A DNA stretch of 64,000 nt from Paraspadella gotoi (taxonomy: Eukaryota; Animalia; Chaetognatha). The stretch is taken from assembly GCA_051294375.1 (NCBI GenBank), contig CM119269.1:10956883-11020882 (forward strand), read 5' to 3'. The notes beneath the pieces are model-generated. The model saw only the letters and a list, made by a program, of their open reading frames with translations. It made no database searches and had not been told where the DNA came from. This document shows, piece after piece, positions 28,044-64,000 of the stretch. The translations under genes and the position numbers were made by a program. Each line of letters opens with the position of its first letter. Within the stretch, counting starts at the first letter, position 1.

Positions 28044-29585
28044 ACGTAATCATTGATGTATTAGAACTAATATATCGAGAAATACATTATAGTCATCAGT
28101 AATCACAACAAAAAAAGTTCTTATAAATATGTAAACATTCTGTTTTCAATCATTTTTTTTTAAATAGGTAAATAACAAAAATGTTAAGTTAAATGGGTAA
28201 GCACATTTTTTAAAGATTTGTTTTTCAATCTGGTTGTTAAAAAATTCTAGGTAAGAAGTTAAAACACGGTATGGGATAGTTTAGAAGGGGAGAATTAAAC
28301 AATTAATCTCGTTACTCTGTTGGTTTTCCAGTCATGAACAAAATCTTCAGTTAAATAGATGGTAAAGAAATTCGAGCTACAATAAATCTACACTGAATTT
28401 GAAGAGTTGCAGCAATAATATTGAATTAAAAATTTTATTTGCAATCTTAAAAATATTTGTAAAAATGTAATAGAGAGACATTTTGATAAACGCGTTCCAG
28501 TTAGAAAGAATTCAGGGTTAAAGTTTAAAAACGTTTCATTTTCAAGTTGAAATTTAAAAATGTCTCTCTATTACTTTTTTCTAATTCAGTAATAAAAAAT
28601 TCATAAAAAATATCAGATGGATTGGCCTTTTCGTTTGACCTGCAACTCTTCAGATAGGTTTCTTTTATTTTATATTATAATAATTAAAACCGATATAAAA
28701 TGGGGAAGAATGCATCAAATGTTTAAAGTGAATACATTTTCGGAATCGCCAGGAGCTCAGCTTTCTGAATTTTTTTGGGCCTAATTTGAAGTTGATTTGA
28801 ATGACCCTTTTTCTTAACTTAGCGAGAGGCGAAACAAATTGTACGCCAGTTTTGCTTTTTTTAAATTATTAAACAATTGTTTCTCCAACATTTTTATTAA
28901 TTTACGACTAATATGAAACTTATTACTACCAGGTCGTATACGAAACACGTGCCCGAAAACCAAGGCCGACGCCATGTCGACACGACGGCGAAAGAAGTTT
29001 TCGACGTCGAACGGCGAATATGAAAGAAGAAGAATCCTCGATTGAAAAAAAAACTCATTCGAAACTAAAAAAAAAAGAAGAAGAAAAATTTGTCTTTGAA
29101 GAAACCGAGCGTCGGTTCGAGGAAAGTGAAACGCGACGTGAATTTAAAAAAAGTAAAAAGTAAAAGAAACAAAACATTGCTAAGAAAAGAAACGCCTCGT
29201 TAAATTTTCATAAATCCAAACGAAACTTTTTTCATTTGCCTTACAAATCAAAACAAACTGTGGTTGTTGTTTTTAAACTAGTTTCTCGTCAATATTCGTT
29301 TAAATCATGTAACCCTTCACGCTAAAAATAAATTATTGCGGCGACGACAACAACAAAGTCAGATCCCAAACTATCGTCAAAAAAAAGAAGTTTAGGTGAA
29401 AGGACGCGCCGTCGTCTTCGAATGATCCGAGATACTCTTTGCCTCCGATCCTTTTGAATGATCAGGTTTCTCGATATAACGGCGCCATTTCTCTCCCCGG
29501 CGACCTTCTTCCGCGCGGCGCCCTTTCTTTGCCAGGCGCTATTCAATGATCCTGGACAACGCCGATTCCAGACTTTTCTCCGGCG

Positions 29586-29633
29586 ATGATCGACGACGCA
29601 ACGACGAAGGAAACGACGTGCGTTCACGACACT

Positions 29634-29664
<31 letters not shown>

Positions 29665-32600
29665 AAGCAAACCCTACCCCTGAGTCCGCCCCTGTGGCGT
29701 TCACGAACGTCTTAGAATACACTCTTCACCACAACCACACTTCGGGAGAGCTTTTTATAAGGTGACACCCCATTCCTTTGAATGACCTTGTGAAAAGATA
29801 CGAATTCACTTCAACTCGTACATGAGAATGAGTGTTACTTTATTTTTAACCTTTCGTCATTCCCTGCGATTTCTCGGTGAATTTGACTATTTCTCTTTAA
29901 CTGGGCCCGTCACCATTAGCCACAGATTATGTCACGTTTCAATAGTTCACTTAGTTAACGAATTAGATTAAGAGTAAGCAGACTAATAATTTTATTATAT
30001 TTATGGTAATATGAACTAGTTGCAAAAGCTTTCAATTCAGATTTTCCTATCATCTCAGAATTGCACAGATCCGCAAAAATATAAACAAGAAAAAAAAATG
30101 AGAATAGAAAAAGACTGACCAAAGGTCAAACTAGTCATCACTCATCTCTGGGATTCTGGGTCGAGCTAAAAATAGAAAAGAGAGAGAGAGAGTCCCTCCG
30201 CGAGATTTAAGAAACATACAAAATTTTTCTTTGCAAAAAAAATTAACAATTTTTTTTTTAAATATAAAAATAACAGTTCCAATTTTAACTGGAATTATAT
30301 ACGGAAGAAAATATTTTATTGTATAATCGTAAAGGTACGATGGTCTTTCAAGAGCTTTTTTTTTCTTTCTATACCTTTGGAATGCACGAGCGGTTGAAAC
30401 TGCTGCGATGAATTTTTGATCTCTTTTATGCAGACACGAAAATCATTAAGACTTTCTCCCTCTGAAAAAGGAAAAAATGAAAGAGAGAGAAATGGAGAAA
30501 GCGAGAATGAGGCAAAGAGAGAGAGAGACAGAGAGAGAGCGAGAGAGAGAGAGGGAGAAGGGGGGAGTCTGAACTTTCTCAACGACGTTTCAGACTGAAT
30601 TTTTTCTCTTTTCAGCATCAGAGTCGTATGAATTTTATGATGGAATTGTATTAAATGAATCAATGTATGTTACAAACTCTTTCACGTGACTAAATCACTG
30701 TGCTCTGTTTTACTCTAAAATTTACGTTTAAAATCAGTGCGGAATTTCAATATTGGATTGGCTCACTCTCTTTTCAATTTATCATTTTTTTCTGGCTTAA
30801 GTGATGTATCACATTTTCCGTCGACGAAGTGACTTTTTACAGCTTACAATTTCAACATTAGAATATCCCGCTCCCCTTTTCCCTCTGCCTCTGCCTCTCT
30901 CTTTAGAATCTTCAATTCTCAATAAGAAATGTCACCCGACGCCATCTCTTTTATCGAATACAATCAAGAGAGTCACCAAATTCCAATTTCGACAATTTTT
31001 TTGCCCTTGATTTTTTTTTGGAAAGATTTTAACGCGACATCTTGGAAAAAATTTTTTTTTAGAAATCAGTGACATTGACTCAGTGTCGGGTTTCTTCAAT
31101 TTATTAACTTGTGTTAAAATAGCGAATGTTTAACAACTTTTATTTGTATTATTACTTTTATTCTTTTAACTTTGATTTAGTAAAACCTTAGCAAATGCGC
31201 AACTTGTATTTGTTTTTGGCTCGGCTGTGAAGAGAGAAAAGCTGAGAGCCTCGTTCCTCCCATAAAAGGAAACGCGATCGCTCTGGAGGCCTGAGGTCTG
31301 GGAGCTTAATCACGTCAGAAGCTTCGACGCTGATCAAATTCATTAAACCTGGATCGAAAAAAATCTCAATGCTTTTTCGGGCGCTTCAACCCATGGCAGT
31401 GTTTTCTCTTTCCATACCCGTCTTCCGCCCGTCTAACCTGTTAACCCCACCTCGCTCAGTTGCGAGAGAGTTTTTTGATGAGCTTCCAAGGTTCATCTTT
31501 CACGGCTGAAGTTTTTTTTACAAAAAGGAGCTTAAATAGTAATAGTACTTTGAACTCGGGCTTACTTAAAAAGCGACAAAAAATATACCGCCGTAGATTA
31601 ATAAAAAAAGATTATGATTCGAGTAAATTGATTTATTTATATTTAATAACTGTTTCGTGATTCTTTCAAAGATTGATAGAAATGAATTGATTTATCGATT
31701 GATCGACTCGATTCATTCATTGATTCATTCATATTATTAAAGCTGCTATTGATAAATTCATCGACCAGACGATTAATTTTGATTAATCAATTAATTAATT
31801 TATAAATCAATTGAGTGATTCGATGGACGCCCTTGAATTATTTTACCTCCCCGGCCCATCTCCTTTCCCCCCTCCCCTTTCCTCCGCCCGCGACCCCAGA
31901 TGCTGTGGCGACAACGTGTACCGCTTGATCCTCCCAGTGCTCCAGACCCACCCCGCCCCGGAGCCCCTCCGCCCCTTCGTCGACTCGGACTTCAACGCCG
32001 GAGTCTACATCGCCGTCGTCATCTTCTTCTACGGACTCACGATAATCACCCTCATCGGGATGAACCTCGATTTCAGGGGAGAGAAGGACAAAGACAAGAA
32101 GACGGTGAGAGGGAGGGGGAAGGACAAAGACAAGAGAATGGTGAGAGGGAGGGGGAAGGACAAAGACAAGAAGACGGTGAGAGGGAGGGGAAGGACAAAG
32201 ACAAGAAGATGGTGAGAGGGAGGGGGAAGGACAAAGACAAGAGACGGTGAGAGGGAGGGGGAAGGACAAAGACAAGAGAATGGTGAGAGGGAGGGGGAAG
32301 GACAAAGACAAGAAGACGGTGAGAGGGAGGGGGAAGGACAAAGACAAGAGAATGGTGAGAGGGAGGGGAAGGACAAAGACAAGAGGATGGCGAGAGGGAT
32401 GGGGAGGACAAAGATAAGAGGATGGTGAGAGGGAGAGGGAAGAACAAAGACAAGAGGATGGTGAGAGGGAGAGGGAAGGACAAAGACAAGAGGATGGTGA
32501 GAGGGATGGGGAGGACAAAGATAAGAGGATGGTGAGAGGGAGAGGGAAGGACAAAGACAAGAGGATGGTGAGTAGGTGGGGAAGGACAAAGACAAAGAAG

Positions 32601-33047
32601 ATGGTGAGAAAAGTGGTAGGACCAAGATTTAAAGATGGTGAGCAGGGGGAAGACTCTGAAGAAGGGGTGAAATTAGAGGCAAGGACCAAGACGAAAAAAA
32701 TTGTAATTATTGAATGGATGGATAATTTTGTTGTACTAATTTCTGATATTCCCGCCGAAATTTTGAGTTGCTTATCGAATACAGTGAACCAGTGAAAAGA
32801 GAAAAAGAGAACGTGAACTTTCGGGGAACTCGATTCTTTCTCTCTTAAGGATTTCGATATCGTTTCTCCGGATCCGAACGTGAATTCGTCAAGAGATGGA
32901 ATGAATAATGGAATCGCGTTGGAACCGAAAAGTCTCTTATCTTTCGTTTTGGATGGCGAGCGAGAGCAACGCCTATCGCCGTTTGAGTCACTCACACAGC
33001 AATTGCCAAGGCTCGTCTTGACATTTGAAAAGGCGGAGCTAAAGTAG
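29586..33047 (+). CDS. Small single-pass membrane protein (~192 aa; KCNE/SMIM-like topology)
   Basis: Exons 29586-29761 (ATG with in-frame upstream TGA; NHTS N-glycan sequon), 31900-32104 (TM segment AGVYIAVVIFFYGLTIITLIGM followed by charged residues) and 32850-33047 (TAG). Phases 2/0 are consistent, total 579 nt. No signal peptide. Family assignment is inference only. Confidence 0.6.
32077..32610 (+). repeat. 35-36-bp minisatellite x~15 containing the exon-2 splice donor
   Basis: Unit GTGAGAGGGAGGGGGAAGGACAAAGACAAGAAGACG; GTGAGA recurs at 32105, 32141, 32177, 32212 ... Confidence 0.95.
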
Positions 33048-33871
33048 TGCGAGTATTTTTTTTGTGTGTTTCATACGCAACCCGGTTCGCCTTTTAGTTA
33101 GCCAATATTTTATTCTGATAAATTTTAAAAGGATTTTGAACCGGAGTGAATAGAGAACACATTTTTTGTAGGTTTTTGATTTATTTTTTTCATAAAAAAA
33201 TTGGTATTATCTCCTTTCTGCTATAGCTTTTTAGCTATTTTTGTCTTTTAAGTTTAGTTTATTGTCTTTTTTTACAATTTTTGATTTTTATTGCATTGCG
33301 CGTTTATAAAATAATAAATAACAAAAATGTAGTCGGGCATTGCGTAAGTTCATAATGTCTAACTGTAGGCCTTTCTTTAAATTTATGATTCTTGACATTT
33401 TCCGTCTATAAAAGTTTTCCCGACTGGTGTTATCAAAAAAACAGCTGTGACATTTCCTCGGCGACGTATGCCATTCGTTTTTTCCTTGTATGCGTAACTG
33501 TTGACATGAATATACGATAGGTTGTTTGAGCTCGCTCGAATTAAGTAAGCAACCTAAAAGATACAAGTATCAATAATTTTGGGAAGAAAAGACGGGGGGG
33601 AAAAAGGGAAAGACGAAACGAAAGAAAAGTGTATTTTTACAATTTTTTTTTCTTTTGATGTGACATCGAAATCTTTGATTTGTCTTTCTTGTCCTGTTCA
33701 GGACGAAGTTCTCTACAATCTTCGAACGACGTCGAAGGAACAAAACGAAATTTGCAAACGACAGGAGATCAAGAGGCATCTCTCCATCACCCTTGAGAAC
33801 AGACTCGGATTCTCGCTCAAAGGGTCCCTCAGGAATTCTCCCGAAAACCAGGCGAGTGCGGGGAATGGGGA

Positions 33872-33873
<2 letters not shown>

Positions 33874-33940
<67 letters not shown>

Positions 33941-33986
33941 TTATTTTTTCTTTCTCTGCCTCTCTCCCTCTACTTCTTCCATCTCC

Positions 33987-34053
<67 letters not shown>

Positions 34054-34097
34054 TTATTTCTTTCTTTGTTTCTCTCCCTCTACTTCTTCCATCTCCC

Positions 34098-34150
<53 letters not shown>

Positions 34151-34198
34151 CTATTTATTTCTTTCTTTGTCTCTCTCCCTCTACTTCTTCCATCTCCC

Positions 34199-34265
<67 letters not shown>

Positions 34266-34317
34266 TTTCTTTCTTTGTCTCTCTCCTCTACTTCTTCCAT
34301 CTCCCCTTCTTCTCTCT

Positions 34318-34357
<40 letters not shown>

Positions 34358-34406
34358 ATTTTTCTTTGCTCTCTCTCTCTCATCTCCTCTACTTCTTCCA
34401 TCTCCC

Positions 34407-34462
<56 letters not shown>

Positions 34463-34532
34463 CTCTCTCTTTATTCTTTCTTTGCCTCTTCCCCTCTACT
34501 TCTTCCATCTCCCTCTCTCTCCTCTCTCTCTC

Positions 34533-34575
<43 letters not shown>

Positions 34576-34614
34576 TTTTTCTTTGCCTCTCTCCCTCTAC
34601 TTCCTCTATCTCCC

Positions 34615-34712
<98 letters not shown>

Positions 34713-34747
34713 TTCTTTATTTCTTTCTTTCCCTCTCTCTCTCTCTC
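33874..34747. repeat. Compound (CT)n satellite with CTACTTCTTCCATCTCCCC spacer units
   Basis: About 7 units of (CT)n plus a conserved spacer; this is the source of the spurious 423-aa and 331-aa ORFs. Confidence 0.9.
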
Positions 34748-35396
34748 AAGTTATTGTCTCAGATGCGCGTCGGAAAACGAGAGACTAAGAAACAAAATCC
34801 CCGTAAAAAAAACGCGAGCGAGAAAAACAACTTCCGTAGTTATATTTTAAAGGAGCAGCTGTCATTGCTATTCGTACGTCGAAGAAACTATTATTGTTAG
34901 ACGTTTCTTTATCTGTCAATAAATTTACATCATTTAATGATTTAACAAATAGTAATAATTCCTAGGAAAACTATTAGACGTTCTTTTAAAAAATATGATT
35001 ATGAAGTTTTTTCCGCTTCATAATCCCGCTTCTTAAGATTGCGTATTCTGTTTTCAATCTAGTAGTAACTGTTGTTTATTTTTAATTGCACTAAAAGTTA
35101 ATATTATCTTTATTCATTATCACATGTGAAACGGTGACAGTGCCACAATTTTCTTCGTTGACACGTGCATCTTTTTTCTTTTGAAGTTGCTGTCTTCGGC
35201 CTTTTCCCTGACTTTGTCTGGTGTCTTGAGACCCAATCATCTTCTTCTTTCTCGTCCTCCTTCTCCCCCTCCTTTTACTCTTCCTCTTCCTCTTCCTCTC
35301 CTACTCCTCCTATCGGTTTTTGTTTCTCTTGGAAAATCGAGAATGGATAACGAGGAAGAGATTGAGTGAAATGAAAAGAAGGAGAGAAAAATAAAG

Positions 35397-35487
<91 letters not shown>

Positions 35488-35741
35488 ATGAAAGAAATAG
35501 AGAAATAGAAAAAAAATAGAAAAAAGTAAGAAAGTAAGAGAAAATAAAAAACCACGGAAAAAAAATAAAAAAGATTGAATACAAAAATTGAAAGTTACAG
35601 GGACTCCAATCGGGAGTAATACGAAAAAACTTGTAATATAATCGAAACAAAGAGCAATCAGGTAATAAAATTATTTTGTACTAATAAAAAAATGCTTGAT
35701 TTTTTTTTCACCAATGCGTAACATTCTAGCCATGATAGTTT

Positions 35742-36050
35742 CTATGAAATTGGTACAACCAATATAAAAATTATCCATTCATTTAATAAATAAGCTATCT
35801 TGCCCCTGACTTTGGACAGGCTTTGGTGGTTTAAGGCCTCCATCACTCTTACAAGATGCAAGCTTTCAATCAAGACTCTCTCACAGTCTCGTTTATTCAC
35901 TCCCAGAGTACCTGGCTTCCCTATCAATGAAGTGGAAAATATTTCAAAGAATGTTTCAATTGTATGAAAAGACCACTCCCTTAAGTATTAGATCGGGGAA
36001 TACTTATTGTACTCCGCACTAGCCTCATGTTTTCTATGTTATAAACATTT
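35742..36050 (-). pseudogene. Degenerate Penelope-like GIY-YIG endonuclease C-terminal fragment plus 3' tail
   Basis: Minus strand KHSLKYF/HFID.. then RDCERVLIESLHLVRVMEALNHQS, resembling the PLE H..H.ID.W / R.I.ES..I....LN motifs. The tail (GGGCAAGATAGCTTATTTATTAAATGAA..TTGGTTGTACCAATTT) recurs at ~43517-43570, ~48495-48570 and ~51867-51942. Confidence 0.5.
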
Positions 36051-36759
36051 TCTTCAGAGGGTAAATTTCTGAAGAAGCAGAATTTTTACTTTAAAAGTGG
36101 ATCTTTCTATCAATCCTTCAGTTCCCATTAAACAATTGAATTTGTTTTCGTGCTTCATTTTTTTCATTAATAAGATACTGTAGTATATGCATCTATAAGA
36201 TACTGTAGTATATGCATCATGGACCAGAAATTTTTTTTTATAATATGAATAATACGAGTTTAATCAAGCCTTTTCGTATCGGTCCAGATTGAAGTCCCTG
36301 TAAAACAAAAAAAAATGGAACTCGAAATAGAATAAAATAAAAAAGAAGCTCTTTTGTTGAAATCAAAATTTAATAGATAACGGATAACATTTTTAAACAT
36401 TTTCCAATTCAATTTAACAACAAAAAAGCTTTATAAAAATATAAAAAAAGACAGAAACGATTACAAAATTTTAAACAAAAAAGTTGGTGCTCGAACGCGC
36501 AGCTGAAAAATAAAACATCAATAGGCGTTTTATTTAAATCGTTTTGCAAAGGTTTAAGCGAATGTAGTTGAATGCAGTAGACTGATCCTGTTGATGTCAT
36601 CACTAATTAAAAGCGAGGCTTCAATGAACGTGATTTTTCTCACAGCGGGTCACGTTGCTCCTTCGACGAGGCATTTACCTCCACTTTTTTTTTGTTATTC
36701 CCCAATATTGAATTTTTTTTTTAAATTTAAAACATACGTATAAAAAATGGCCTGACCCA

Positions 36760-55246
<18,487 letters not shown>

Positions 55247-55652
55247 GGTGTAAGTCGCTTGGAAAAGCTGGCAAAACTGGCAACGTTGACAAAACTGGCA
55301 AAGTTGATGAGTGCAGATAAAAGGCAGGTGCAGGAGGAGAAGCGGGTGAAGTTTAGGCGCTTCGCCGATGACGAAAATAATCTCGCGCTCGGAAAAGAAA
55401 AATGAAACTAATCAATTTTGCGGAGGAATCCTGTTAAATTTCAGATGAAAAAAAAAAAAAACAAAAACAAAAAAACTAAACTAATCAAACGAGCCTAAAA
55501 AAAAAAAAAATATCCGTCGGAGATTAAAGATTTTTCCATTTTTTCCCTTTTTTTTTTATTCAAATTGAATTTCCATATTTTTTTGTGTGTTTTTTTTTTT
55601 AATTGATCCGTTTTTACGAAATGACAGAGATAGAGATGAAAACAAGTTTAAA
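55247..55652. promoter_or_regulatory. Putative bidirectional promoter between SLCO and the disordered-protein gene
   Basis: Predicted start codons diverge only ~400 bp apart (55246 minus, 55653 plus); inferred from the gene models. Confidence 0.45.
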
Positions 55653-63947
<8,295 letters not shown>

Positions 63948-64000
63948 AAACCGTTAAAGTTGATTAAAAAAGGGAGAATCACCTGGAGCTATCCTTAATC

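Noticed and set aside
33579-34850. 423-aa and 331-aa ORFs (also 13481-14575, 3056-3631, 4300-4950, 31838-32995)
   Set aside because: They are stop-free only because they run through (CT)n, (GAAA)n or minisatellite DNA and give SL/FL-repeat translations.

Overview
This is a draft-assembly window of an animal (probably invertebrate) genome. It is AT-rich, has GT-AG spliceosomal introns, N gaps and many (CT/GA)n, (TTTA)n and (GAAA)n microsatellites. Most ORFs in the supplied track are low-complexity artefacts. By joining exons by hand with phase checks I rebuilt four multi-exon genes. (1) + strand, <246-12145: the 3' part of a protein of tandem GPR158/GPR179-type ectodomain modules (Cache-like plus Cys-rich EGF-like). 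It has no 7TM region, an acidic linker with three furin-type sites between modules, and a GPI-signal-like C-terminus. (2) + strand, 29586-33047: a ~192-aa single-pass membrane protein whose exon-2 splice donor is amplified in a 36-bp minisatellite. (3) - strand, 55246-36760: a complete 11-exon, 687-aa SLCO/OATP transporter with atypical signature residues. (4) + strand, 55653-63307/63947, head-to-head with the SLCO gene: a ~1400-aa disordered protein with repeated RRVSF and LPxTIEEAL motifs and two open frames in its last exon. Mobile DNA comprises a hAT-type MITE (8-bp TSDs), a solo-LTR-like family (4-bp TSDs), a TTAA/Kolobok-like element, Helentron/HINE-like elements, and Penelope-like remnants with minimal hammerhead ribozymes. 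A ~7-kb palindrome (46734-53698) is most likely a fold-back/assembly artefact.
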